Shown: positions 9,576 to 20,200 of the stretch, in pieces
Numbering within the stretch: position 1 is the first letter of the stretch
Layout of the letters: each line of letters starts with the position of its first letter
Source of the DNA: Elusimicrobia bacterium RIFOXYD2_FULL_34_15
GTDB lineage: Bacteria; Elusimicrobiota; UBA8919
Length of the DNA: 64,000 nt
Direction of reading: 5' to 3'
NCBI GenBank assembly: GCA_001800605.1
Contig: MGVS01000097.1
Coordinates: 12,694 to 76,693, forward strand
Position numbers and translations under genes: made by a program
The notes under the pieces: generated by a model
What the model was told of the DNA's origin: nothing
The model's database searches: none
The model's input: the letters and a program-made list of their open reading frames with translations, nothing else

Positions 9576-9648
9576 AAAAATCAGGTTAAATTAAAAGTTC
9601 AAAGTTTAAATTAAGTCTTTTTATTTTTATTTTAACTTTTAATTGCCG

Positions 9649-10437
9649 TTATAGTGCTACTATGCAAATATTGTTTTCGTTTGCGAAGTTTATGACTTTA
9701 TCAATTTCTAAGATAAGTGTTTTGCCGGATTCTACTGCGAGGACCGAAGCGCCTGCTTCTTTTATAGTTTCAACTGTTTTTATACCTATAATTGGTATGT
9801 CAAACCTCATATCCTGTTTTGGTCTTGCAACCTTTGCTACTACAAAATCGCTTGTTATTATACCAGCCCGTTTTATGCATTCGTCCGTTCCTTCCATTGC
9901 CTCAACCGCAACTATGGATTGGTCTTTTACACAAACAGTTTGGCCTGCATCCACTTGTGCAATTTTTTTTGCAGTTTCAAGGCCAAATTCAATATCTTCT
10001 TTTTGGTTTTTGTCGGGATGTCGTTTGGTTAAGTTGCCTTTTTTAGGAATAAAATCAGTAAGATACGTGTTTGATGGTATGAATTCGATTCCGTATTTTT
10101 TAAGTTCATCGCATACAGCAGAAAGTATTGAGTCGGCAGTTTTTGACTTGAGTTTTGTTAGAAGTGCTAATGCTTTTAAATCCGGTTTTACTGAAAATAG
10201 TTTAGTATGTTTTACCTGGCCTGCCATTACACATTTTATTATATTTTCTTTTTTAAGTATTTCGATTAGTTTTGAAAATTGTCCGACATTTATCCAGTAG
10301 GTTTTGTCAGCGATTTGTTCAATTGCTTTATCTGTTTCATCATGAAGAGCAATTGCTATTACACTTTCACCGGTTTTTTTGGCTTGTTTTGCAAATATTA
10401 AAGGAAAATTCCCGTTACCTGCTATTAGTCCTAACAT
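9649..10437 (-). CDS. lpxI: UDP-2,3-diacylglucosamine hydrolase LpxI (DUF1009)
   Basis: 262 aa. Begins MLGLIAGNGNFPLIF, typical of LpxI. Adjacent to lpxA. Confidence 0.8.
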   Translation of the reverse strand: MLGLIAGNGNFPLIFAKQAKKTGESVIAIALHDETDKAIEQIADKTYWINVGQFSKLIEILKKENIIKCVMAGQVKHTKLFSVKPDLKALALLTKLKSKTADSILSAVCDELKKYGIEFIPSNTYLTDFIPKKGNLTKRHPDKNQKEDIEFGLETAKKIAQVDAGQTVCVKDQSIVAVEAMEGTDECIKRAGIITSDFVVAKVARPKQDMRFDIPIIGIKTVETIKEAGASVLAVESGKTLILEIDKVINFANENNICIVAL

Positions 10438-10519
10438 AATATTTTAACTTCAATTCAAAATTAAAAATGTAAAATGTAAAATTTAGGAATAAAACCTTAA
10501 TTTATATTTTTTCCGCTAC

Positions 10520-10592
10520 TAAACCATCAGCGGATCCGCCCCCGCCACTGATACTCTGGCGGGCAAGAACGACTTAGTGGCGGAAACTTTTA
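10520..10592. repeat. GC-rich palindromic element (ccgccactgatactctggcgg ... cttagtggcgg)
   Basis: Same family as 690-712, 11488-11537, 47074-47106 and 61004-61050. Confidence 0.7.
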
Positions 10593-10622
10593 ATTTTAAA
10601 TTTTAAATTGTCTTTATTAGAT

Positions 10623-11414
10623 TTATTCCGCATCATCTTCCGCGGTTCTGCCGGGTCTGGTGATTCCTCTTTTTGAATTTTTTATAAATTCTACAAATTC
10701 TTTTACTTCTTTTGAAGGGTTGGAAGCGATTATCTGGTCTATCGCCTCAATTACAGTTAATCCGGAATTAAATACTATTTTGTATGCTGATTTAATATCA
10801 CTTACTTGTTTATCGGTAAAACCATTTCTCTTAAGACCAACTATATTTAAACCAATCAATTTTGCTCTATCACCCTGTACCTGACAAAAAGGAGGTATAT
10901 CAAGCGGAACCATAGCCCCGCCGCCAAGCATAGCAAAACGGCCTATTCTTACAAACTGATGTATGGCAACAAGCCCGCTTATAACAGCATTATCGTTCAC
11001 TTCTACATGTCCAGCGAGTGTTGCTGCATTAGACATTATTACGTTATTACCTACTATACAGTCATGCCCCACATGCGAATATGCCTGAAACATACAGTTA
11101 CTTCCTATTTCAGTTATTCCGTGAGCAGTAGTACCGCGATTAAGCGTTACACATTCTCTTACTAAGCAGTTGTTACCGATAACAATTTTAGTTTTTTCGT
11201 TTTTATATTTTAGGTCCTGCGGTGCTGTTCCAATAAAAGCAGATGAATATATTTTGCAATTTTTACCTATTTCCGCATATTCAATTACCGTAAATGCACC
11301 AATCTGCGTTCCACTTTGGATTTTTACATCTTTGCCAATTATAGCATATGGTCCAATTTCTACGTCTTTATCTATTTCTGCTGACTTATCTATTATCGCC
11401 GTTTGATGAATCAT
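10623..11414 (-). CDS. lpxA: UDP-N-acetylglucosamine O-acyltransferase
   Basis: Hexapeptide-repeat LpxA. Homology starts at MIHQTAIID. The track start at 11483 reads into the repeat element, so the start is moved to 11414. Confidence 0.9.
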   Translation of the reverse strand: MIHQTAIIDKSAEIDKDVEIGPYAIIGKDVKIQSGTQIGAFTVIEYAEIGKNCKIYSSAFIGTAPQDLKYKNEKTKIVIGNNCLVRECVTLNRGTTAHGITEIGSNCMFQAYSHVGHDCIVGNNVIMSNAATLAGHVEVNDNAVISGLVAIHQFVRIGRFAMLGGGAMVPLDIPPFCQVQGDRAKLIGLNIVGLKRNGFTDKQVSDIKSAYKIVFNSGLTVIEAIDQIIASNPSKEVKEFVEFIKNSKRGITRPGRTAEDDAE

Positions 11415-11487
11415 AAGCACCCCATAAATTAAACAAGTTAAAATTGAAAGTGAAAAACTAAAAATGAATGTAAAAACCTTCATTTTT

Positions 11488-11537
11488 CCGCCACTGTGAC
11501 TTTGGCGGATCCGCCTACAACTTAGTGGCAGAAACTT
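11488..11537. repeat. GC-rich palindromic element (ccgccactgtgactttggcgg ... cttagtggcag)
   Basis: Family member, see 10520-10592. Confidence 0.7.
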
Positions 11538-11556
11538 TTAATTTGCTTTTTTGCCT

Positions 11557-12876
11557 CTAACTGGGTTTATCTACTAAAACAAAGGTAAATTCAGCTTCTG
11601 TTGCTAATTTGCCTTCAATATACGCACAACCTTTTATCATACCTGTTGATTGTTTTGCTTTAAGAACTTCTATTTCCAGATAAAGTGTATCACCGGGTAA
11701 AACAGGTTTTCTGAATTTTACATTATTTATTGACATAAAATAAGCTAATTTTTTATTTTTCAAATCAGATTTTGAGAGAAGTAATACACAAGAGGTTTGC
11801 GCTAATGCTTCTACAATTAATACTCCCGGCATAATTGGTCTTTCAGGAAAATGCCCCTGAAAAAATGGTTCATCGGCAGAAACACTTTTTATTCCAACTG
11901 CTTTTTTTAATTCTTCAACTATTATTACCTTATCCAAAAAAAGAAAAGGGTATCTATGGGGAATTGTCGCCTTGATTTCGTTTATGTCTACTATTCTGCC
12001 TTCCGGAATCTGCCATGAAGATTTATTTTGAGTCAATTTTTGTCCGGTTGCTTCTGCATAAATCTTTTTTGCAAATTCAGTATTATTTTTATGCCCGCAT
12101 TTTATAGCTGTTATATCCATTTTTAGTGAAGAACCGAGTAATGAAGTGTCTCCGATTAAATCAAGTATTTTATGACGGATAAATTCGTCTTCATACCTTA
12201 ACTGAGTATGAATTTTTTTAGCACCTATAACGATTGCATTTTCTAATGTTCCGCCTTTTGCAAGTCCTTTGCTTTTTAATGCTTCGATTTCATGATCAAA
12301 ACAATAAGTTCTTGCAGATGCAATTTCTTTTTCAAATGTCTCAGGTGTTATATCTATGCTTAAAAACTGGTTTTTTAATAATGGATGATTATACATTATT
12401 GTACAATCAATATGGAATCTATCCGAAGGAGTTGCTGTTATTAAGACATCGCCATTTTTATAAACAATAGGCGAAGAAATAGTTAATCCTTGTTTTTTCT
12501 CTGCAGATAGCTCTGTAATTCCGGCTTTTTTTACCAGTTCTACAAAATGCTTTGCACTTCCGTCGCCGATGGGAGGTTCATTGGAATTCATTTCAATTAT
12601 TAAATTATCAATTCCATATACAGCTAAAGTAGCCAATAAATGTTCTATTGTATGTATAGATGTTTTTTCGTCCAAGCCTACAGTAGTTCCTCGAATTGTA
12701 GATATTACATTTGAAATATCCGCTTTTACTTGGGGACTTCCGGGCAAATCGGTTCTTATAAAAACTATACCTGTATTTTCCTGTGCAGGTTTTAATTTTA
12801 TTGTTACATTATTCCCCGTATGCAGTCCGATACCTGAATATGGTACTTCTTTTAAAATAGTTTTTTGTTTTTCCAT
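11557..12876 (-). CDS. lpxC-fabZ: Fused UDP-3-O-acyl-GlcNAc deacetylase / 3-hydroxyacyl-ACP dehydratase (LpxC-FabZ)
   Basis: 439 aa. LpxC N-terminal half and a FabZ hot-dog C-terminal half (HFPERPIMPGVLIVEALAQ). Confidence 0.9.
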   Translation of the reverse strand: MEKQKTILKEVPYSGIGLHTGNNVTIKLKPAQENTGIVFIRTDLPGSPQVKADISNVISTIRGTTVGLDEKTSIHTIEHLLATLAVYGIDNLIIEMNSNEPPIGDGSAKHFVELVKKAGITELSAEKKQGLTISSPIVYKNGDVLITATPSDRFHIDCTIMYNHPLLKNQFLSIDITPETFEKEIASARTYCFDHEIEALKSKGLAKGGTLENAIVIGAKKIHTQLRYEDEFIRHKILDLIGDTSLLGSSLKMDITAIKCGHKNNTEFAKKIYAEATGQKLTQNKSSWQIPEGRIVDINEIKATIPHRYPFLFLDKVIIVEELKKAVGIKSVSADEPFFQGHFPERPIMPGVLIVEALAQTSCVLLLSKSDLKNKKLAYFMSINNVKFRKPVLPGDTLYLEIEVLKAKQSTGMIKGCAYIEGKLATEAEFTFVLVDKPS

Positions 12877-12993
12877 AGATGCTCCTAAAATACTAATTAC
12901 GGGGATTATGAGAAAAAGATTACAGTGATTAAGTCCTCTAAACTATTTAAAAAATCCTCGTAATCATTATTTAAAACCACCGTAATCAGATGT

Positions 12994-14004
12994 TTATTTA
13001 TTGGATTTGAATTTTTTGAATTCTTCAAATAGTTCCGGCAGTTTTTGAATTAAAGCGTAGATTCTCATAGCTTGTTTATGCGGTCTTGCGGGATAACCCG
13101 AAACCGTTTCTTTAGGCGGTACGTTGCCTATTACACCCGCCTGTGCAGCTATTACCGCTCCATCACCAATTATTAAATGGCCGGCAAGCCCGGCCTGCCC
13201 GGCAATAGTTACCCCACTGCCTATTTTCGTGCTCCCTGATATACCTGACTGCGCGATAATTATAGAATTTTCACCGACTTGTACATTATGTGCTATTTGA
13301 ACAAGATTATCTATTTTTGTTCCCTTACCTATAAAAGTTTTTCCCGTTGTTGCCCTATCAATAGTTACATTTGCACCGATTTCAACATTGTCGCTTATTT
13401 CAACGATACCTATCTGCGGAATTTTTTTAAGTTCATTATTTTCAGGAACGTAACCGAAACCGTCAGAACCGATTACAGCACCCGAATGAATTATAACATT
13501 ATTGCCAATTACAATATTTTCTCTAACAGAAACATTCGAATAAATTAAACAATTATTGCCAATTTTAACATTTCTACCGATATAACAGTTTGGATATATA
13601 ATTGTGTCATTGCCTATCTTAGTATTCTCAGAAATAACTGAAAAATCACTTATACTGACATTATTACCTATCACAGCCAAATCGGAGATTGCAGAATTTT
13701 TAGAAATTCCTAAAGGATGTTTTTCCCTTTCTTTTGCAATAATAATTAGTAATTTTGTATATGAAAGATACGGATTCTTTGAAACTATCGCGGGTATTTT
13801 TACTTTCGATTTCTGATCTTCAGATATTATTATGGCCGAGGCTTTTGTTGAATCTATAAATTGAATATATTTAGAATTTGATATGAATGTAATATCTCCG
13901 TTTTTTGCTTCTGTAATTCCGGCGACATTTGTTATTATTGTGTTTTTATCTCCCGAAACCTCACCACCTATTATTTCTGCAATTTCACCCAAAGTCTTTT
14001 TCAT
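12994..14004 (-). CDS. lpxD: UDP-3-O-(3-hydroxyacyl)glucosamine N-acyltransferase
   Basis: 336 aa. LpxD N-terminal domain plus hexapeptide repeats. Confidence 0.9.
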   Translation of the reverse strand: MKKTLGEIAEIIGGEVSGDKNTIITNVAGITEAKNGDITFISNSKYIQFIDSTKASAIIISEDQKSKVKIPAIVSKNPYLSYTKLLIIIAKEREKHPLGISKNSAISDLAVIGNNVSISDFSVISENTKIGNDTIIYPNCYIGRNVKIGNNCLIYSNVSVRENIVIGNNVIIHSGAVIGSDGFGYVPENNELKKIPQIGIVEISDNVEIGANVTIDRATTGKTFIGKGTKIDNLVQIAHNVQVGENSIIIAQSGISGSTKIGSGVTIAGQAGLAGHLIIGDGAVIAAQAGVIGNVPPKETVSGYPARPHKQAMRIYALIQKLPELFEEFKKFKSNK

Positions 14005-14813
14005 TTAAGTTTTTTAATTACCGTTTCAGTTATATCTTCTGAGTCTTCACCATAAATAAGGTTAGATGAATCAATAATAATAGCCAATCCTCTTTCATTT
14101 GCTGTCTCTTTAATTGCATCATAAATTTTCCCTAAAATATTCTTCTTTACTTTACTATTTATTTCTTTTTCATCCTTTTTAGCACCCGCTATGTAATTTT
14201 CTAAATCTTTTTTTTGCTTCTCAATATTTTTAATTTTTAGAGTAATATCATTTTGTGTAAATGACGGTGAAGAAATTTGAACAGGCTCTATTTTTGTAGG
14301 TTCTATTTTCATTTCATCAAATTTACTGGTTACCGCTGTACTAGTAGAAGCCGCAACGCTTCCGGTGGATTTCACAACCGATCCATAAGAGATATTAAAA
14401 GTTTCGGTTGAACTTTCAACCTGTTCCGTTGAAGTGTTCTCATTATTCGAGCTCTGCATAGCCATTTCTGAAATTTCTTGTTCTCTTTTTGCATATTCAT
14501 ATTTTTTTAATTCTTCTTCCATCCTACCTACTTCATCTTCTGCTGCTTCAATATTTTGCTGAAAGATTTTTATATTATCTTTTTTAATTTTCAAATTTGA
14601 AGACAATTCATCTTTCATTTTTTTTGCTTCAGGATATGCTTCCATTATACGATTCATATCGACAGAACCTATTCTCTGAACAGAAATAGCGGCAGGATAA
14701 ACATCAGTAACGAGCAATGTGTAACGGGTAAAAAGAAAACAGCAAATACCTAATAAAGACAATCCCAATCTTTTTAATTTTTTTCTACAATTAACATTTT
14801 TACTTTTTTTCAT
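14001..14813 (-). CDS. skp: OmpH/Skp-family periplasmic chaperone
   Basis: 270 aa. Signal peptide and coiled-coil. Conserved position between bamA and lpxD. Confidence 0.65.
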   Translation of the reverse strand: MKKSKNVNCRKKLKRLGLSLLGICCFLFTRYTLLVTDVYPAAISVQRIGSVDMNRIMEAYPEAKKMKDELSSNLKIKKDNIKIFQQNIEAAEDEVGRMEEELKKYEYAKREQEISEMAMQSSNNENTSTEQVESSTETFNISYGSVVKSTGSVAASTSTAVTSKFDEMKIEPTKIEPVQISSPSFTQNDITLKIKNIEKQKKDLENYIAGAKKDEKEINSKVKKNILGKIYDAIKETANERGLAIIIDSSNLIYGEDSEDITETVIKKLK

Positions 14814-14912
14814 ATTATTAAATATTTAATAAATACTCTTATCAACCACAGTTATTTTTTCTTTTTCCTTCAATGCGCTCGTTACTCATTACCCATTACC
14901 CGTTACTTCTTA

Positions 14913-17180
14913 TTAAAATATCTGGCCCATTGTGAAATAGAACTGGGATAATTGCTCGCCGGGTCTATGGTTTAATCCGTATCCCCAATCGATTCTTATC
15001 GGAAGTACCGGCATAGGCCTTAATCTTATACCAAAGCCAACCCCTGTTTTTATTTGTCTTTCTTCCGGACCGATTTTTAAACTTAGATCGTCATCGCCTC
15101 GCCACGAGCCACCCATATCAGCAAAAAGCACAGCTGATAGAACTGAACGGTTATTTTCTTCAATTATAGGGAATTTATATTCTAAATTTGATATAAAAAT
15201 TATCTTTCCTTTTTCCGGAGGCCCTATTTCGCCAAAATCATAGCCGCGAACCGTATCCGCACCACCCAAAATAAATCTTTCATATATCGGTACATCCTTT
15301 GAAGGTGGAAACTCTTTAACAAAAGAAATACGCGTATTTAAACCTATGATAAATTTCCAGAATGTCGGTATAAATTTTGACAATGATAAGTTCGGTTTAT
15401 AAAAATGTGTATTACCGCCGAAAGGTCCGCCAGCAACTTTTACTGATAGCGAATGCCTGGAGCCGCGGGTTGTATCAAAAACATTGTCTCTGGTATCACG
15501 CGTAATTGCAGATGTTAGAGAAGATGCTATATCTTCAGTACTTTGAATTTGATTTACTAAACCTATATCTATATTAAAAACCCTTACTTCCTCATAAGCA
15601 TATGTAAAATTAAGAGACAGTATATCAGAAAGCGGTTTGCCGATTCTAATGTCTCCGCCTCTTCTTCGCTCCTGGTAAGCATTTATATCTGTTCCGAATG
15701 TTCTCCATGCTGTTGTATTAAAAATATCTACACCAAAAAGCAGTTTTTTGCCAAAAAGATACGGTTCTGTAAAACCTATCTCGTAGTTTTGCTTCCTGGC
15801 ACCAAATTCATACGTTAAATTTAATCTTTGGCCTTTTCCAAAAAGGTTGGTCTCTGTAACCTGAACCGTTCCGACTACCTTATCAACCGAAGAATAACCC
15901 GCACCCAAAGAAACCAGACCTGTTTTATCTTCCTCAACCTCAATTGCCAAATCTGCTTTATCAACTTCTTTTGTTTCCTCAATATCAACCTTCACATCTT
16001 TAAAAAATCCAAGATTATATAGACGTTCCTGGCTTCTTCTAATCCTGCCAACTGCAAAAACATCACCTTGCTTTACAAGAAGTTCGCGTTTTATTACATA
16101 ATCTTTTGTTTTTGTATTGCCATCAATATAAATCTTGTCTATATAAACAACACCATTTTCAATTATATTGATTTTTATATCGACGATTCCGGTCTCATCA
16201 TTTTTAATAATTTCCGGTTCGAATTTTGAACGTATATAACCTCTATCGGCATATAACGATTTTAAATTTCCTTCACTCTCGTCATATTTTGATTGGCTAT
16301 AAACTACATTTTGCTTGAAATTAAAAACTTTTATTAATTGGCTTTCTGTAAATATTGTATTTCCTGTAAAACTAACTTTACCATTTACATATTTTCTTCC
16401 TTCGTCAATTATCACCCTTATGTACATTTTTGTTCGAGATTCATCATACGTAATTCCCGGCTCAAGTATTTTTATATTGATATGGCCGTTATCTTTGTAA
16501 AATGCTTCAACTTTTTTCATGTCATCTTTGAAGGTTTCTTCTTTATAAACTTTTTTCTTCTTAGTTGTAAAGAGTTTTTTAATTTTCTTGTATTTAAAAC
16601 TTTTTATACCTTCTATATTTACGTCACCAATAAGAATTTTATTACCTTCCGCAATTGAAAAAGTAACATTAGCAAAACCAGTGGATTCATCTGTTGTAGA
16701 ATAATCTTCTACCCTTACATCCGCATAACCTTTGTCTTTATAAAGAGTGTTTATTTTTTCTATATCATCTTTAATTTTTCTTATATCATAACCTTCTTTT
16801 TCTTTGGTGGAAATTTCTGATCTTAATTTTCTGCTTGAATATTCTTTATTTCCCTTAAAGTCAATTTTCTTAACAATAAGTTTTTCCTGAACTATAAATA
16901 TTACTTTTACTCCGTCTTTATAATCAGAAACATCGGCAGCAACATCCGAAAAATATCCGAGCTTGTAAATAGCAGAGATATCTTCATCCACAAGTTTCTG
17001 GTCAAAATCTTCCCCGGTATCAATTTTTATTACGTTTTTTACAACGCGTTGTTTTACGTTCTTTAAACCCTGTACTTCGATAGCACGAATTTCTTTTTTT
17101 TGAGTTGAATTTTCAGCAAATAACGTAATACTAAGTAAGAAAACAAAAATGATTATAAATAAATTTTTAAATTTTTTCAT
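14913..17180 (-). CDS. bamA: Outer membrane protein assembly factor BamA
   Basis: 755 aa. Signal peptide, POTRA repeats, and a C-terminal beta-barrel ending ...YFTMGQIF. Confidence 0.9.
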   Translation of the reverse strand: MKKFKNLFIIIFVFLLSITLFAENSTQKKEIRAIEVQGLKNVKQRVVKNVIKIDTGEDFDQKLVDEDISAIYKLGYFSDVAADVSDYKDGVKVIFIVQEKLIVKKIDFKGNKEYSSRKLRSEISTKEKEGYDIRKIKDDIEKINTLYKDKGYADVRVEDYSTTDESTGFANVTFSIAEGNKILIGDVNIEGIKSFKYKKIKKLFTTKKKKVYKEETFKDDMKKVEAFYKDNGHINIKILEPGITYDESRTKMYIRVIIDEGRKYVNGKVSFTGNTIFTESQLIKVFNFKQNVVYSQSKYDESEGNLKSLYADRGYIRSKFEPEIIKNDETGIVDIKINIIENGVVYIDKIYIDGNTKTKDYVIKRELLVKQGDVFAVGRIRRSQERLYNLGFFKDVKVDIEETKEVDKADLAIEVEEDKTGLVSLGAGYSSVDKVVGTVQVTETNLFGKGQRLNLTYEFGARKQNYEIGFTEPYLFGKKLLFGVDIFNTTAWRTFGTDINAYQERRRGGDIRIGKPLSDILSLNFTYAYEEVRVFNIDIGLVNQIQSTEDIASSLTSAITRDTRDNVFDTTRGSRHSLSVKVAGGPFGGNTHFYKPNLSLSKFIPTFWKFIIGLNTRISFVKEFPPSKDVPIYERFILGGADTVRGYDFGEIGPPEKGKIIFISNLEYKFPIIEENNRSVLSAVLFADMGGSWRGDDDLSLKIGPEERQIKTGVGFGIRLRPMPVLPIRIDWGYGLNHRPGEQLSQFYFTMGQIF

Positions 17181-17213
17181 AGTTTTATAATTATAATAAT
17201 TTCATCATAAAAG

Positions 17214-20200
17214 TCAAGGTTTTTCTTCCTGGTTTGACTCTCGGGGAGCTTCCTTAGATGGTTCAGTTCCAAATCTCCAGAATTTTTCAAAGAAGAAGCT
17301 TCTGTTTCTTTGGCCATCTAACTCTTGAGTAGTTTTAAACATCACGCCATTTTTTAGACGGTAAGAAAGTTCGATATCATGCCTCAGTGAAAGTTTGTTT
17401 TCAAATTCATCGAATTTAACGCCATATCCTGCCGAAAAACCGCTTGAAAAAGATTTACCGAATTGAAGTTTTGTACCTTTGTACAAATCCAGTATTGTAG
17501 GTTGTGTACCTCCTGCTAAAGGTGTAGCCGGTGCCTCCCTTTTTATCGCAAATTTATCTATAAAACCGGTTCTTTTAAAGAGCGATTTGACAAATGGTGT
17601 TGTTAAAAGCGTATCTACCGCTTTTGACACCTCTTCAGCTGAAAACGGTTGTTTCTGTTTTGTATCCGCTAATCCCAATGCCGCCTGTGCGGCTGACTGT
17701 TCTTCTTCCTGAGGATTGGTCTTTGAAGAAAATCTCGGTTTGACATTTTCCAGGGGACCTCTATCTAGAGTCAAAACAATAGTATCAGGTATATATTCTG
17801 TAACCATCTGGTGTGTTGCTAGATCCTCCCTTCTTTTTTCTATTTCCGTTTCTGATTCGGCTATTCCTGATAGATACAAATTACTATTTTCCGCTTCAAA
17901 AATAGCTTCTCTAATCGTAAAACTTCTACCGATATAATTGATATCTCCTCTTGTTGATTCAACTTTTCCTGTAACAAATGGTGATGATCCTTTACCGTGA
18001 AGAAGGAGCTCTCCTTTAGTTTCAGCAGAAGCAAAATCGTTTTCATACCAGCAATTCTTGCCGGATATAATTTTAAAATTCCAGCTTGCATTATTAAGAA
18101 AATCCCAGCTGCCTTCACTGCTATCTACACCAGGATATGTAAATCTTGCATCACTCAGCTTCATATAACCGCTGATATTCCAAGAATCAGAAGTTCCTGC
18201 AAATGTTATATCACAACCAACTTTTGCCCTGGAAGGATTAGAGAAAGAAGCATCCGGCACACCCGGGATAATCTTTCCGATACCGCCGGATTTTATTTGT
18301 AAATCATTAATCACTACTCCAATATTTCCGTTCGGGGTTACTACATGTAAATCAAAATCGCCGATATTAAAACCATCAACTACGGAAAGGTAACCGCTTA
18401 TTACGATAGGTTCTTTATCAATCAAAGCACTAACTTCATTCAATTCTATCCTATTACCTGAAAATTTTAATTTACATTTAACATCATTTAACTTTTTAAA
18501 AATATCTTTCATAACAACTTCTTCGGCAGTTGCATTTAATTCGCCGGAAATATCGGGTTTCTTTATATTTCCTCTTACATCTATAGACATTGAAAATTTT
18601 CCCGTTGCTTTTTTTACTACTTTAGAAAAGGAAGTTAATATCGACATATCCCCATCTTTAATTTTTAAAGATATATCTATCGGCCTATCGGATAGCTTTT
18701 TCTTCATTTCAGCGGTCAGCGGCAGAGGTAAAGTACCCTCTCCTTCGACCGAATAAACATTTTTCTGCGATATTTTTAAATGTTTCAATTCAAGAATACT
18801 TTCATTTATTTCAAAAAATATGGATGCTGTATCAAAATCGATATTTTCTAATTCGCCGTTAGAAGAATTTACCATGCAGTTTAGAATCGGATTTTCTCTG
18901 GTACCCGAAATACTTATATTAAAATTCGTGTTGCCTGCTGCTTCGATTTTTGCACCTAAAATGTTAAGCAAATTGCCAAGCGGAATGTTATTACCTTCGG
19001 ACACAATATCAAAAGTATCATTTTTTAATAAACCATTAACAAAAAATATTTTTTTTCCTACCTCAAATATCGAAACATTATCAATTTTTAATTCTGAAAG
19101 TTTTGAAATATCCATACGGCCTACAACTTGTGTTGTTTTTCCCATTTCGGGTATAAAACTTAGAATACCCCCAGAATATTCAACGTGATATCTCCTGTCT
19201 TTTAACTGATATTGGTTAACCCATAAACCAGAAGTTGAGATATCTGCTTTTATTGAATTATCCCAACTGCCTTCTATACTAAGACCACCAAAAAGTATCA
19301 CACCAGGTATTTTAACATTTCTTAATTCCATAACTATTTTAAAAATTGATTCTTTAGAAATATTTATATTTGATTCAGGAAGAATTTTAATCTGGGTTTC
19401 ATCCCACTTAATATTACCCTTTGAAAAAACTACCCGTTTATTCTTATATGTGAATCTGCCGTCCAAAGAATCCACTAATTTTTCTTTTATATGAATATTT
19501 GTTCCGGAAAAACTAACTAAAATCTCCGGATTTTTTAAAGGACCTGTTATGTTAAATTCTACATCTTTAAATTTTCCTGATACCGGAAAAGTAGCTCCGT
19601 ATAATGTATATATTGAATCCGTTTTTAAATCGTCTGCAGATATATTTAATCCTGTAAATTCTCCTTTTCCCAAATCTGCAGTACCTGAAATTGCTATTAC
19701 AGACTTATCCATAATTAATTTTGTATTTTCCACTTTTAGTATCTTTTTATTTACTGATATTTTCCCTGTTCCATGAGAATCCAAGCCATAAATATTGCCT
19801 TCGTATCTATAATTTATCGAAATCAAAGGATTATTTATATCCCCCCTGACTGACATTTCACCTATTAACCTTCCGTCTATTTTTTTATAAATCTCTTCTG
19901 CATTTATTAAAAATTTTATATTTGAAGAAACATATCTTGAATCCAAAAAATAACTAAAATTACCCCTGATTTTGTCTCCCCATATTATTTCTTTAAGATC
20001 TATTTTTTTACCGTCATAAGTTCCTGTTGTTAAAAACTTTTCCCTGACATTATCAACCGATAAATTAGGCGAAGTAATCTTATAATTTATTGTGTTTTCC
20101 GTTTTTTTCCCGTACAAGCTCAAATCTCCGTTTACTATTTTCTTTTGAATTTCCAAATCATTAAGCTTCAATGATAGATTGAAATTATTTTTTTCAATTT

